A stretch of DNA of 64,000 nt from a virus (IMGVR_UViG_3300026737_000001); one strand, 5' to 3'; shown: positions 28,752 through 40,113, counted from the first letter of the stretch. Numbers and translations are program-made. Notes: a model not told the origin generated them from the sequence alone.

Positions 28752-29153
28752 ATGAATGAGAGAATAAAAAAAGCGATAAATGATAATATAGTTAAGCCAC
28801 TTCTTGATGAAAAAATGTACACTATTAGTGGTACTGTCGTAAGAACATATTACGACGAGGAAACATCAGATGTAGAGGCCAGAAATTACAACGCTGCAGA
28901 TGTTGAGGTGGTGCTGCCTTCCACTGGTTTTAAACATATATTTCATAGAGTTCCTATCATAATAAGTGGGACTATGGGAGGTGTGAAAGGCGCAAGGATT
29001 AAAAAAGGAGATAAAGTTTCGATGTCATTTGAGGGTGGAGATGCTAAAAATCCAAGAATTAAAGGTAGGGTTTATGAAAACCCCAAAGAGATAAATGAAA
29101 GCCTGAAATCAGATGCAGGAAACTACACTCCAGAATATACATCTAGAATTTAA
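28752..29153 (+). CDS. baseplate spike OB-fold-like protein (gpV/gp5 N-terminal-like)
   Basis: ADVEV...HRVP...GG......KGDKV.MSFEGGD..NPRI pattern; start moved to ATG 28752 behind SD GAGGGG. Confidence 0.6.
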   Translation: MNERIKKAINDNIVKPLLDEKMYTISGTVVRTYYDEETSDVEARNYNAADVEVVLPSTGFKHIFHRVPIIISGTMGGVKGARIKKGDKVSMSFEGGDAKNPRIKGRVYENPKEINESLKSDAGNYTPEYTSRI

Positions 29154-29168
29154 TCCCTGCAACAAGTT

Positions 29169-29750
29169 ATGGGAGAAAAAAGAAGCTGGAGAATAAGAAA
29201 AGAAAGATTAAGAGACCCTTTCAATCCTGAAGAAGAGCTTAAAAAAAGAGCTCTTCCTAGCGATAATGATATAGTTATTAAACACCCCGACAATGAAAGC
29301 AATATCAGAATTAAAGATAATGGTATAATTCAGATGTTTGCAAACGGCAAGACTGGAGTCAGGCTTGACCCAAAATATAACTCAATCAATATCTTTGCTG
29401 ATAAAACAAATATGTTCAGCTCAAGCATTCATTTTTTAACAGATGACAACGGACTAAAGTGGAACTTTACACCCTTTAACAGGGCTTTAAGCGACCCCTT
29501 AAGAGAGATTGTGACAACAACACCTATGGGTACAGAAGCTTTAATTGACAGCCTAACATCATCAGGTGCTTATGTTGCCAAGGATGGCCCGGTAAGCCCA
29601 GGAACAGTTAAGTCTCTAAATAACTTTGAGTTTAAGGGAATAAGAGCTTACAACGGAGAGGAAAAGCTGAATATGCTTAGAACTATAAAAAACGCTATGA
29701 GCGGGATAGCTCAGGATTTAGACATGGAAAATATAAAGGATTTGGTATAG
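29169..29750 (+). CDS. putative spike beta-strand-repeat partner protein
   Basis: IVIKHPDNESNIRIKDNGIIQMFANGKTGVRLDP strand repeats; lies between the OB-fold gene and the gp25-like gene. Confidence 0.4.
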   Translation: MGEKRSWRIRKERLRDPFNPEEELKKRALPSDNDIVIKHPDNESNIRIKDNGIIQMFANGKTGVRLDPKYNSINIFADKTNMFSSSIHFLTDDNGLKWNFTPFNRALSDPLREIVTTTPMGTEALIDSLTSSGAYVAKDGPVSPGTVKSLNNFEFKGIRAYNGEEKLNMLRTIKNAMSGIAQDLDMENIKDLV

Positions 29751-30131
29751 ATGGATTCTATCAGAGATTTCAAAGGGGCAAGTTCTGGCGATATTATAAT
29801 AGATGAAGGTAAACTGCTTTTAGCAGATTTTAAACAAACGGTAAAGCAGGGCATAGAAAAAAGACTCAAGACAGATAATCCAGACTGGTACAGGCATTTT
29901 AATATAGGAAGTGACCTTGAAGATTTAAGAGGTATGGATAATACAAGACAGACTGGAGAGTCCGGTCGGGCTAATATAGTAAGAGCGCTGACACATGATG
30001 GTTTTATTGAAGAAAAAGACTTGAATGTTAGGGCGGTACCTACAGGAGGAACCGAAATTACATATTATATTGCAGTAAGACTCGGTTACAACGAACAGAT
30101 AACAATGGAGTTTCCAATAGATATAGCTTAA
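29751..30131 (+). CDS. gp25/XkdS-like baseplate wedge protein
   Basis: 126 aa; RLKTD..DW..H..IGSDL..L.G pattern; precedes baseplate J. Confidence 0.7.
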   Translation: MDSIRDFKGASSGDIIIDEGKLLLADFKQTVKQGIEKRLKTDNPDWYRHFNIGSDLEDLRGMDNTRQTGESGRANIVRALTHDGFIEEKDLNVRAVPTGGTEITYYIAVRLGYNEQITMEFPIDIA

Positions 30132-30143
30132 GGCGGTGATAAA

Positions 30144-30965
30144 ATGCTTTATGATGAGGCGATTTTAAAAGATTATAATACGATGGTGGAAGATGCCATA
30201 GATAGACTTAAAGATAAAACTGAGCTTACTGACTTTTCTGCAGGCTCTCTGGCACGGTCTCTAATAGAGGTTTTTTACGATGACTTAGATGACCTTTACA
30301 GGGATTTATCTCAGGTTGCTAAAAAGTATTTCATCTCAGATACTGAGGGGATTTACTTAGATGAGCTGGCATTACTTTTTGGTATCGAAAGAGAGCAGGG
30401 AGAAGATGACGGGAATTTTAGATACAGGATTAAAAGCTGGACAGAAACAAGAGCAGCAGCAAATGAGATAGCAGTCCGCTTAGCCTGCCTATCAGTAGAC
30501 TCAGTGATAGATATCAAAATAAAAAAGTATGTAAGAGGCACAGGAACTTTCGATGCTTATGTTATTACAGAAGACCCTGAAACACCAAGCGAAGTAATAT
30601 CAGAGGTTCAGGAAAAGATAGATAGCGTTCAATCAGCAGGGGTTAAAGGCCTTGCACTTAGCCCAAAACTTAAGTACATAGATTTCACTCTTCAGTATAC
30701 ATTTTTTTCTAATGTTAACGCTGAGGATAAAACAAGAATAGTTTACAGTGCAGAAGAGGAGATAAGAGAATATCTAGCAAATTTAGAGCTTGGTTCTGAG
30801 CTTGTACTGAATAGACTTATAGATATTTTAATGAGTGTTGACCGTAACAAAATTAAAAATGTTGAAATATTAAAAATGTTTGTAGATGGTAGAGAGACAA
30901 TAATAGGCAATAAAAATACATATTGGGACGAAAGAATAGTTCCAGGAGATATAAAAATAAACTAA
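30144..30965 (+). CDS. baseplate J-like wedge protein (short)
   Basis: TDFSAGSLARSLIE, GIYLDELALLFGIER..GE.D..FRYRI and RGTGTFDAYV motifs. Confidence 0.8.
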   Translation: MLYDEAILKDYNTMVEDAIDRLKDKTELTDFSAGSLARSLIEVFYDDLDDLYRDLSQVAKKYFISDTEGIYLDELALLFGIEREQGEDDGNFRYRIKSWTETRAAANEIAVRLACLSVDSVIDIKIKKYVRGTGTFDAYVITEDPETPSEVISEVQEKIDSVQSAGVKGLALSPKLKYIDFTLQYTFFSNVNAEDKTRIVYSAEEEIREYLANLELGSELVLNRLIDILMSVDRNKIKNVEILKMFVDGRETIIGNKNTYWDERIVPGDIKIN

Positions 30966-30996
30966 AATCCCTTGATTACCTAAAGGAGGGTTCTAA

Positions 30997-33900
30997 TTGG
31001 ACAGAGAAATTAAGATAGAAGACAACGAAAAATATTTCAAATCCGGTATCGGGGATTTAGAAGACCTAAAAGTTTTAGATGACTACAGCAGAAAACATGA
31101 AGAGGACTTCGAGGTAGACTTAACCTTATCAGGCAAAACATTAGAAAATGACACCTTTTACCCAAAGCTTGATGTTGACTACGAGGTAAAAGCTTCCGGT
31201 ACAAGAAAAGTTGAAAGAACAACAGACCCAGCTGATTACAATTTTGATGTTTTATACGAGCCCAACTTTAAGGCTTATTATAGATTAAAATCTTTTGACC
31301 CTATTTTTGATACAGAAATTGACAATGTAGATAAAAGAACTTCAATTAAAAAATCAGAAGGCAACAAAAACGTGTTAACTCTCGACGGCACAAACTCAAC
31401 CTTAAACAGGAGGGCTATGACCTTCTCTCATCAGGAGAAGATGGTTACTGTAGAAACTTCAGCTTTTTATGTCCACAGATTTACAGGCTTTAGCACCTGG
31501 CAGAAATTATACAACAGCTCTATTAATTCAGGAGAAAGCTCAATACCTTCTCTTGGTTATCCTAGATATAACTATTACCAGAGAGAAGGAAGAGCATCTG
31601 TAAACGGAGCGAATTCAAGGTTTGCTATCTTAAAAGCCAACCACAGCGAATTTAACTACAGTAATTTTAGAATTAAAGCAGAGTTAACCTTTGAAGAATT
31701 AGGGTATGGACTTGTTGGTTTTGCTTTTAATGTTCAGGATGCTAATAACTTTTATTTTGCCGGACATAATGGAGTCGATAATAAAATTACACTTTTTAAA
31801 GTCTCTGGAGGGGCAAAAGAGGTATTAGCAAAATCACCATACGCTAGGCGAATTAAGGATGCTGGTCGGTTTGGTCCTGATTTTAATATCCTAACCCTTG
31901 AAGTAAGGAAAATAGAAGGTCAAATACAGGTTTTTGCAAACGGCAGAAAGGTTATTTCATATAATGATGCCAACCCGCTCACCGCTAATGGTTTTGGTCT
32001 GGCAACATACAGGGTTACAAACGCAAGATTTGAAAACATATCTTTTGATAGGTATATAGTTTTAGAGAATACAGCCCAAGATGACTTCTTAAAATATGGA
32101 GAGGCTAGTAAAGTTTTATCTACACAGACTTTTAATGAAATCTTTAAGGCTGATATGGATAACAGGTTATCTATCTCTAATGTTAATAATTCATGGTATA
32201 TCTGGTATCAGGCAAATAAAATACTTAAGCCACAGCGAAAAGATTCTTATCTTTCTAATAATTGGTTTAAGCCAGACTCAAGTTATAAACACAGAAAAGG
32301 ATACTATATAAACAATAATATCAGTGCCGGCAACGAGTGGATTTCTGCCTGGTCAAGGGATAAGGTTGATAGACTTGAAATTTCTTTTACTGAATATGGT
32401 GACCATTATGAAAAGGACAGAACATACCATTCGGACCAGGACAGATGGAGATTTAAAGTAGATTACTCTATTTACTATCAAAACGAAGGTGAGTCAACCT
32501 GGAACTACTACACTAGAAAAAAAAGCACTGAAGATACCAGTAATTATTCTAGCAAAAACAGAAATATAACTATCAACTTATCCGGCACAAAAAGAAGACG
32601 AATAAGAGTTGTCTACCATAACTTTACTGTAAGTTATTGGGGCAAAACTTATAACAGAAACAACGGCAGTTATCTAAAGATAAGAAGATGGGTTGATAGA
32701 CAGGATAGATTCTGGCAGTCTCCAAGCTATACCCAAAAAAGAATTTATGGTTTTACAGAAATTAGCAACTCAAATTATATTGATGGTAACAACTCACTTA
32801 ATTATTCTGGCAAAAACTACACAAACGTGTTGCCAACAATAAGTTTGTCTGGTTATCCGACACTTGAGGATTACACATTATGCAGAGTCGAGATACAGGA
32901 CATAACACCAGTTAGTGTACTTGAAGAGTACGAAAACTATGAAAAGCCACTTAATTTCTCGTGGTCGAGTTCTGGAACTTTAAGTTCAACAGCAATTACC
33001 GACAGCGTAATTTTAAGTACAGACTTTGAGATAGTAAAAAACCTTACTGGGACACTTGATGAAATCCAGAGAGTTGAGATTCCCAAGATAAGAGAGGAAG
33101 ACCCAAGATTTCCTGGTGCTGATTTATGGTCTGGAATAGAAGAGGTAACAATAGATGATGATGGAATAACTTCAACTATTGGTGATTCAAAGATAGAAAT
33201 TAAGCTCATAAATAAATTAGCTGACCCTAAAGATACAAATATAGAGTTTGAGCTAACAAGAACAGACACTACAAATTATCACGAAATAAACGGAGCATTA
33301 AGCAATGACAATATATTAATTTTCCCAAATGCAGCTGCTATTACAACTACAATTTTTGACGAACCATGGCCTGCTACAGAAGACGAGATAGAAGATGCTA
33401 CAATTAACTTAAAGGCATATGTTAACGGCTATTATGTTCAGGATGAAACAGGAAAATATGACTACAGTGCTTCCATAAACCAGACAGGCACAGGCAGTTC
33501 ACGCCAGATAATAGTTAACTCAAACAGAGGTAATAATGTTTCAGCTAAAATTCTTTTTCCAAGAGATATAGATTTTGGCACAGTAGAATACAATATAGAC
33601 TTAAAATCAGCTGTTTATGATTTTATTACTGTTACTGCAAATGGAGACAGCATTGAGGACACAACAGTTGTTATTGGAGAAAATAAGTATGGATACATAG
33701 TTAAAGAGACTGTCGAAGCTCAACTTGATGATATAGTAAGTTCTTTTACAAGCAGCTCGACAAACTCCAGCAACTTATTTACTGAAGATACAATAAATAT
33801 CAGTTCGGATATCCTTGAAGATGGGTATTACTTAAAAGGGTGGAGTGATACTATAACAAAGCTCGGTTCAGTTTCCCTTTCAGAACCTATCTGGTCTTTG

Positions 33901-35625
33901 AAAATACCAGAAGATGATATGTCACTAGCCTCTGTTTTCTCAGTTCCGGAAGGAGATATAGGAAGTTACTCTCTGCTTGCTGAATGTCGAGAACAGATGT
34001 TAAACCCTGATGTGGTGATATTGAAGGAAAATGAACAGTTTAAAGCTATGGTAAAGATGACAAGTGTTATGAGTTGGAAGCCATATATTCACAACGGATA
34101 TTTCTACATAACTGATGCTAACAATGACCTGATGCCGAAAGAATACTATCTATACTCTATGGTTAAAGATGAAGAAATAATTGAGGTGGTAAACGGCTAC
34201 GAGTACGAGCTTCAGGATTTCCCTAAACAGCTATCACCAGTAATAGCAAAAGATAAAGAAGGAAAAGAGCTAACAGGTGTTATGTTTTTCGATGAAAACT
34301 ATAATCCTAGCCTGACAAGTAAAGAGTCTCATGATGTTAAAGTTGAGCATACTCCAGTTAAGTTAAGTGTGATAAACACATCAGAAATCAAAGTAGATGT
34401 TGTTAAAAAAGAAGGTAATATAATCTACCTAAGCAGTTCAAAGGTGAGTCCAGGAGACGTTGTTAATGTTGAATATTATTATTCAGGTTCAAATAAAAAG
34501 ACTGATACACTAACCGTTTCTTCAGAGCTTACAATAGAGCTCAGTGAGGCTTTTGTTGCAGGTATATTTACAGACTATACAAACATCAAAGAGGACACAC
34601 TTGTGGTCTCAGACCATGAAGGAAACCCTATCACTGTCAAAGATGTTAACAAAAACTATATAGAAATAGACCTTACAGCTGATTATGCTGACCAAAAAGT
34701 AAATATAGAATACATGATAAACGATTCATTTTTAGTAAACACCTTTGGTGATGTTCCCACAATCAAATTCAGTAACAACTATTTAGATGGTGTAGATATA
34801 TCTTATGAGAGTTCAATTTCTACTTCATACTTTGAAGAGGTTGAGATAAACTTAAACCCACACATTAATGATTATAACGAAGGCTTTTTATTTATCTCAA
34901 ACAAAAAACCTCAGATAGGAACTATGGAAATCTCAGTTTTTCCAGAGACTATTTATTCAGATGGGCTGCAGAAAGTATACTTAAAGGTTTCGCTTTTTGA
35001 TAATTACGGAAATCCGTTCTTTAACCCTGATATGACAAAAGGTGTAAGCCTTGGAAGTAATGGTGGAACCATAGAGTTTATAGATTATGAAGGTAATTTA
35101 CAGTCTGAAATTCCTGGAGAAGACCTATCAATACCGGATAAATTCGGTAACGTTTATGCAGTATATACTTATGCTGGTGGAGAAGGTCTTAGTGAGGATT
35201 TAATATATGGAAATTACGGAGACCTATCAGCGTCAAATACTGTAAGAATAAACCCCAAGAGAATAAAAAATGACCTTGATAATAGTGCCTACACAAATAA
35301 CGAAACAAAAGATGAATTCAGAATCAATATCACTCCTGATAAGTACGTTATTTTAAAGGGAGAACAAATCAGAGTAAATGTAAAAATGTACGACAAGAAT
35401 GAAAATCCGATTACTGATACTGCGATAAATATAGAAATAAAAGACACTTATACAGGTGGCACAGAATCTAAAAGTTTAACAACTGATAAAGATGGACTAT
35501 GTTCATTTGAGTTCGTTAAGACCTTAAGCCACACAGTGCTTGATACTTACATGATTAAAGCAAGTGCAGATGTTGAGGGTTCAGTTATCGAGGATACAAC
35601 AAATATTACGGTTATGAGAGCATAA
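30997..35625 (+). CDS. large baseplate/structural protein with ConA-like lectin and Ig-like domains
   Basis: TTG start with SD AAAGGAGG; ConA-like block GLVGFAFNVQDANNFY...IQVFANG...FGL; two Big-1-like segments at the C-terminus. Confidence 0.55.
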   Translation: MDREIKIEDNEKYFKSGIGDLEDLKVLDDYSRKHEEDFEVDLTLSGKTLENDTFYPKLDVDYEVKASGTRKVERTTDPADYNFDVLYEPNFKAYYRLKSFDPIFDTEIDNVDKRTSIKKSEGNKNVLTLDGTNSTLNRRAMTFSHQEKMVTVETSAFYVHRFTGFSTWQKLYNSSINSGESSIPSLGYPRYNYYQREGRASVNGANSRFAILKANHSEFNYSNFRIKAELTFEELGYGLVGFAFNVQDANNFYFAGHNGVDNKITLFKVSGGAKEVLAKSPYARRIKDAGRFGPDFNILTLEVRKIEGQIQVFANGRKVISYNDANPLTANGFGLATYRVTNARFENISFDRYIVLENTAQDDFLKYGEASKVLSTQTFNEIFKADMDNRLSISNVNNSWYIWYQANKILKPQRKDSYLSNNWFKPDSSYKHRKGYYINNNISAGNEWISAWSRDKVDRLEISFTEYGDHYEKDRTYHSDQDRWRFKVDYSIYYQNEGESTWNYYTRKKSTEDTSNYSSKNRNITINLSGTKRRRIRVVYHNFTVSYWGKTYNRNNGSYLKIRRWVDRQDRFWQSPSYTQKRIYGFTEISNSNYIDGNNSLNYSGKNYTNVLPTISLSGYPTLEDYTLCRVEIQDITPVSVLEEYENYEKPLNFSWSSSGTLSSTAITDSVILSTDFEIVKNLTGTLDEIQRVEIPKIREEDPRFPGADLWSGIEEVTIDDDGITSTIGDSKIEIKLINKLADPKDTNIEFELTRTDTTNYHEINGALSNDNILIFPNAAAITTTIFDEPWPATEDEIEDATINLKAYVNGYYVQDETGKYDYSASINQTGTGSSRQIIVNSNRGNNVSAKILFPRDIDFGTVEYNIDLKSAVYDFITVTANGDSIEDTTVVIGENKYGYIVKETVEAQLDDIVSSFTSSSTNSSNLFTEDTINISSDILEDGYYLKGWSDTITKLGSVSLSEPIWSLKIPEDDMSLASVFSVPEGDIGSYSLLAECREQMLNPDVVILKENEQFKAMVKMTSVMSWKPYIHNGYFYITDANNDLMPKEYYLYSMVKDEEIIEVVNGYEYELQDFPKQLSPVIAKDKEGKELTGVMFFDENYNPSLTSKESHDVKVEHTPVKLSVINTSEIKVDVVKKEGNIIYLSSSKVSPGDVVNVEYYYSGSNKKTDTLTVSSELTIELSEAFVAGIFTDYTNIKEDTLVVSDHEGNPITVKDVNKNYIEIDLTADYADQKVNIEYMINDSFLVNTFGDVPTIKFSNNYLDGVDISYESSISTSYFEEVEINLNPHINDYNEGFLFISNKKPQIGTMEISVFPETIYSDGLQKVYLKVSLFDNYGNPFFNPDMTKGVSLGSNGGTIEFIDYEGNLQSEIPGEDLSIPDKFGNVYAVYTYAGGEGLSEDLIYGNYGDLSASNTVRINPKRIKNDLDNSAYTNNETKDEFRINITPDKYVILKGEQIRVNVKMYDKNENPITDTAINIEIKDTYTGGTESKSLTTDKDGLCSFEFVKTLSHTVLDTYMIKASADVEGSVIEDTTNITVMRA

Positions 35626-35646
35626 AAAGAAAGGAAGGAGGGTTCT

Positions 35647-37482
35647 ATGCCAGATAAATTTAACGGAAGCAGCGAAGTATTTTTAAAAGTTGGCAGGGAA
35701 GTTCCAGAACAAGATGTAAATATTGCATTCTACAAAACACCAGAAGTTACAGTAGAAAATAATATAGAAATAATCAATCAATCTGTGAGCATGAACGATA
35801 ATATAAACAATAATTCTGACATGGTATGCTATGTTGATGAAGGTTATAAGCTCTTTTACAACATATACGGAGATAGTGATGATTTTGTTGATACTTTTTA
35901 TTCAAAAGACTTTTCTCTAACAGATATAACTATAGATGGTGAGGCTGTGTTTTTTAGACATAAGCTGAGATATATTCATCTTGACACAGAGTTTGAACAG
36001 GTAGAAAAGAATATAGATATTATAGATGAAGGAAGAGACTCAATAGATGAAAGGTATTTTTACAAGCTAGACATCAAGGAGCTTCCGGGCCAGACAAACA
36101 ACAAAAACAGATATGAAATTACTATTTATTTAAACTTTAAACCGGATGAGCAGTTTAAAATAATATATAATCCGGAAAATAAAAAGTTAAACAACTACGA
36201 AGAAATACTTAATCCCGTAGAAATATACCAGCGAGTTTCAGCAAACGACTTCTATGAAAATAGGTTAAACACCAATGATAAAGTCTATGCTATAGAAAAC
36301 AGAAGAAATGGATTTGCAATCATGGTTCCAATTAAGGCTATTATGCAGATAGTAAACGATGATGATTCAGTAAGGACAGAAGAGTACCTATCTTCTAATA
36401 ACTTCATTTATGATACCAAAAAATTCTTCCTTTCTTTCAATGACTCTACAAGTAAGATTTATGCCAGTGTAAATAAAAACCTAAGAAAAAACGACTCATG
36501 GCATATAGATATTAACAGAGATTCTTTTGTTGATAATAAAATTGACAGGCTATATATCTATGAAATTCCAGAGTTTTTATACCAAGATATTTATTGGATT
36601 GACGGCTATCCCTGCATGAAATATTTCGAGGAAGAAGTTAGCGTAGTAGACGAACATACCGTTGAGCTTAAAAACGCACCTTTATTTATAAAGACAGAAA
36701 CTAACGAGGAAGGCATTAAAGTTCCTTCAAATATAAGCCTAAAAGATACAGCAGGTAATGAATATACAGTAAAAAATTGGGATATAGAAAACGGCCTGCT
36801 CTATGTTGATGAAAACATAATCTACAAAAAAATAATTGCTGACTATGTAGTAAGGCAGAATAAGTTTAAATATAGAGGATATTATGATGAAAACGGGCAG
36901 TTTATTCAACTTGATATAAACCCTCGGTCAGGACATTTTTACAGCACAAAGGACATAAAAAACGGCGGAGCTGTAACTCATAATATTCCCTCATATAAAC
37001 TTACAAGCAAAATGATTAGCATTTATTTAAAACCTGAGTATGTAATCGACGGAAATGAGATAATAACAAGGAATGGTGAAACATTATTCCACACTATAAA
37101 TAACGATATTCACGTAAGCGAGAACCATCCGATGATAAATTCTGATATAGAAAATAATTACTACAATTATGAAGATGTAAAACTAATTTCTAGGATTTTT
37201 ATAGTACCGATAACTAATCCAGAAAAGCTTGAAGTAACAGATACCAGAACTCGTGGTGGAGGGATTAAAGAAAAGCTAATTAAAGAAGTTAAAAAGATTG
37301 ATAGAAACGCAGAATTCTACTGGGATATAGGAAAGTGGAACGGAAAGTCATACCCTTCAAACGGGGTTGTTGTTATAGAGCTTCCAGAAGAAGTTCTTGA
37401 AAGGTTTACACACAATGAAATAGTGGCAAGAGTAGAAAAACAGGTAGCTCTAGGAGTTCTTCCTGTAATAGAATACGTTTAA
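35647..37482 (+). CDS. virion structural (baseplate) protein
   Basis: 611 aa within the baseplate block; strong SD; contains the recurrent beta-sandwich module. Confidence 0.5.
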   Translation: MPDKFNGSSEVFLKVGREVPEQDVNIAFYKTPEVTVENNIEIINQSVSMNDNINNNSDMVCYVDEGYKLFYNIYGDSDDFVDTFYSKDFSLTDITIDGEAVFFRHKLRYIHLDTEFEQVEKNIDIIDEGRDSIDERYFYKLDIKELPGQTNNKNRYEITIYLNFKPDEQFKIIYNPENKKLNNYEEILNPVEIYQRVSANDFYENRLNTNDKVYAIENRRNGFAIMVPIKAIMQIVNDDDSVRTEEYLSSNNFIYDTKKFFLSFNDSTSKIYASVNKNLRKNDSWHIDINRDSFVDNKIDRLYIYEIPEFLYQDIYWIDGYPCMKYFEEEVSVVDEHTVELKNAPLFIKTETNEEGIKVPSNISLKDTAGNEYTVKNWDIENGLLYVDENIIYKKIIADYVVRQNKFKYRGYYDENGQFIQLDINPRSGHFYSTKDIKNGGAVTHNIPSYKLTSKMISIYLKPEYVIDGNEIITRNGETLFHTINNDIHVSENHPMINSDIENNYYNYEDVKLISRIFIVPITNPEKLEVTDTRTRGGGIKEKLIKEVKKIDRNAEFYWDIGKWNGKSYPSNGVVVIELPEEVLERFTHNEIVARVEKQVALGVLPVIEYV

Positions 37483-37499
37483 AGAATGGTGGTGAAGCA

Positions 37500-40100
37500 A
37501 TGGAAACCAGGACTTTAGAAAGCTTAAATCTTAATTTAGATTACAAAGATAAAAAGCTTTTTGTAGAAACTGTAAAAAATAAAACAACTACAGAAAAAAA
37601 CGAAGAAGAAATTATAGATGATTTTAAAAACAATGCCCTGAGAGCGGTATCTAAGCCGCTTTATCAGGGTGAAAAAACAAGTTCAGAGCTTTTTAACAGA
37701 CAGTTTGAGGATGTACTGACTGACCTGATTAAACTTTTTACACTAGCAAACAAAACATCAGCTTCAATCAGTACAAATAATTACCTTTATGATTCCTTTA
37801 TTTCAAGCCTCAAGAATAACCTTAAAAAAATAGAAAACAAAATAGAGGCCTACAGTTACATAGCAAATAATGATGAAGGGTTTTCAGAAGTAAAGTTTGA
37901 AAACTTTAACGATAAAGAGTCTTTTGAGGAAATGAACGATGAGACCAAGATGCTTTTTACAAACCCAAAGGATGACAGAATCTATAGCTCTGATTTTATA
38001 GCAGATATAAATAAATACAGTGATAGCCTAACCCTATCTCCTATAGGAACTATCAGACCTGAAGCTCCCCTTGTTGAGATGGACAGTCAGGTAGGGAAGT
38101 ATCTTAAAGTAGAAAACAACCTTTACCCTTTGGAAAACATTATAAAAAATGATAAACCTGAAGATGTATGGAGTGAGAGCATACTCACAGATAGGCCATT
38201 TGAGGTAGAAATGGAGGAAGAGAAAGAAGGGGCGGTATTTAAATTTAGGATAATATTTGAAAAGCCGATGCCTATTAATAATATTTCAATAGACCCTTTC
38301 AGCAAATACCCTTTAAAGATTATAAAGATAAACACATACGAAAATGCTGAAGATTATATGAAGGGGGAGGATTTTGCAAATCCTATTTTATCAGATATCT
38401 ACGAGTCCTTTTTTGACCCTAAGTATATTGATGATGCTGAAACACTCGAGTTTCCTACCAGAAACATCCAGATTGTCGAGTTTGTTGTTAACCAAGAACA
38501 CTACGAATACGAACAATTCAGCATTAAAGAGTCAGATAAAAACGATATTAATATAGCAGAGAAAATGTATTCAAGCCGGCACACAGTTTTAAACCTTGAA
38601 GAAAGCAGCAATGAATCTCTGCTTGAGCTTGACTACTCAAATAACAGTATCCTCTGGGATTACCTTAAGGATATGGTTGGAAACTTTTTTAAAGAGCTTG
38701 ATGTAAACAACAAAAACAAGGTAATAAGAAATATCTTAAACTCAATCAACTCAATTATACCTGAATTAAGTTCTGAGAAATTCAATCCGCTATCAGAAAA
38801 CACCGGAAAAGAAACAGAAAAGATTGTCAGCTTAAACAAATACTCATATCAGTATGGCTTTAAAAATATAGAGCCATCATACAAGGAATATTTAGATAGG
38901 GCTGTATATGTATCAAAACCATATAATTTTATCAGCAATATAAAAGAGGTTGCAATAGAAGTTGATGAAACAAATCAAAAACTCTACCATGAGGATAGTG
39001 AGGAGTTTTCAACCTCAACAGAGTATTACATAACAAATTTAAAGAACCCGTCTCCAAGAAAAGCTACCTGGTATCCTATTCTGCCAACAAACTATGAATA
39101 TAGAGATATAAACGGTAACCCCAAAATAAAAGGCGAAAGGCTTTTTGCTCTTGGTGGAGAGGATTTTAAGGCAAAAATAAGATTTCCAGCTAATCCTGAT
39201 ACCATTGAGGTTTTTAAAGATGGTGTAGAGATTGACTCAGATTATATTACATATAGCGAAACTGATTCATCAAACTCACTATTAACAGACAATATAATCA
39301 CACTTGTAAATGAAATAAACTCAATCTACAACAGCAGTATCTATACTGTAAATTACACTGTCAAAGATGGCTTCGACCCCACTATACTAGACCTTGAAGA
39401 GTCGGTACCACCTGTTGACTTTATAGACAGTGACGGGAATGAGGGAGAACTTTTTAATATCAGTGACTACAGTGACAATAGAATAAGGTTAAAATATTAT
39501 CCCTTCACTGACAAAGAAAAACTCTATTCAAGTCCTAAAGTAGATGTTAAGGAAAGCTCAACAGATAAAAACCCATTTTACGGCTCATATAATCCTAACT
39601 ACCATAAGTGTTATAGGCCAATAGAGGTAAGTGGGTTTGGTAAGCTTGAGTATCTAGAGGGAAGCGAAATAAAAGAAGAAGAGATTAACGTAGAGCAGGA
39701 CCTTTCAGGCATTCCATACAGGTTCCCTTATTTTAAAGACACTAACGGTGACGGTGTTATTGAATCTTTTGAGTACAAAAAAGAAAGCAAGCCATACTTT
39801 TTTAATAAGACTGATTACAGAGGCAGAGAAGCACTACCTTTCAGTCAGGGAATACAGGTACCTTTAATAGAGTATTCCGCCTCTGACTACCCAATCATAG
39901 ACTACTTTCATGATGGAAAAAATATAATATTCAGCCACAGCTTAGAAGACGGAGATAAAAAATCAGAGATAAGAGTAAAATACAAATACTTAACAGAGTG
40001 TCTTAGAGTAAAGGCTGTAATGTACAGGAATGTAAAACACCAGAACGGAGTAACACCTGTTATAAAAAATTATGCAGTCAAAGTAAAACCATTCAAATAG
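37500..40100 (+). CDS. structural protein, paralogue family A (helical N-terminus plus discoidin-like sandwich)
   Basis: S..FN..F.DV..DL coiled coil, F.ENF...A.I strand, W.E, C-terminal TPVIKNY. Confidence 0.5.
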   Translation: METRTLESLNLNLDYKDKKLFVETVKNKTTTEKNEEEIIDDFKNNALRAVSKPLYQGEKTSSELFNRQFEDVLTDLIKLFTLANKTSASISTNNYLYDSFISSLKNNLKKIENKIEAYSYIANNDEGFSEVKFENFNDKESFEEMNDETKMLFTNPKDDRIYSSDFIADINKYSDSLTLSPIGTIRPEAPLVEMDSQVGKYLKVENNLYPLENIIKNDKPEDVWSESILTDRPFEVEMEEEKEGAVFKFRIIFEKPMPINNISIDPFSKYPLKIIKINTYENAEDYMKGEDFANPILSDIYESFFDPKYIDDAETLEFPTRNIQIVEFVVNQEHYEYEQFSIKESDKNDINIAEKMYSSRHTVLNLEESSNESLLELDYSNNSILWDYLKDMVGNFFKELDVNNKNKVIRNILNSINSIIPELSSEKFNPLSENTGKETEKIVSLNKYSYQYGFKNIEPSYKEYLDRAVYVSKPYNFISNIKEVAIEVDETNQKLYHEDSEEFSTSTEYYITNLKNPSPRKATWYPILPTNYEYRDINGNPKIKGERLFALGGEDFKAKIRFPANPDTIEVFKDGVEIDSDYITYSETDSSNSLLTDNIITLVNEINSIYNSSIYTVNYTVKDGFDPTILDLEESVPPVDFIDSDGNEGELFNISDYSDNRIRLKYYPFTDKEKLYSSPKVDVKESSTDKNPFYGSYNPNYHKCYRPIEVSGFGKLEYLEGSEIKEEEINVEQDLSGIPYRFPYFKDTNGDGVIESFEYKKESKPYFFNKTDYRGREALPFSQGIQVPLIEYSASDYPIIDYFHDGKNIIFSHSLEDGDKKSEIRVKYKYLTECLRVKAVMYRNVKHQNGVTPVIKNYAVKVKPFK

Positions 40101-40113
40101 AAAGGAGGCTTTT

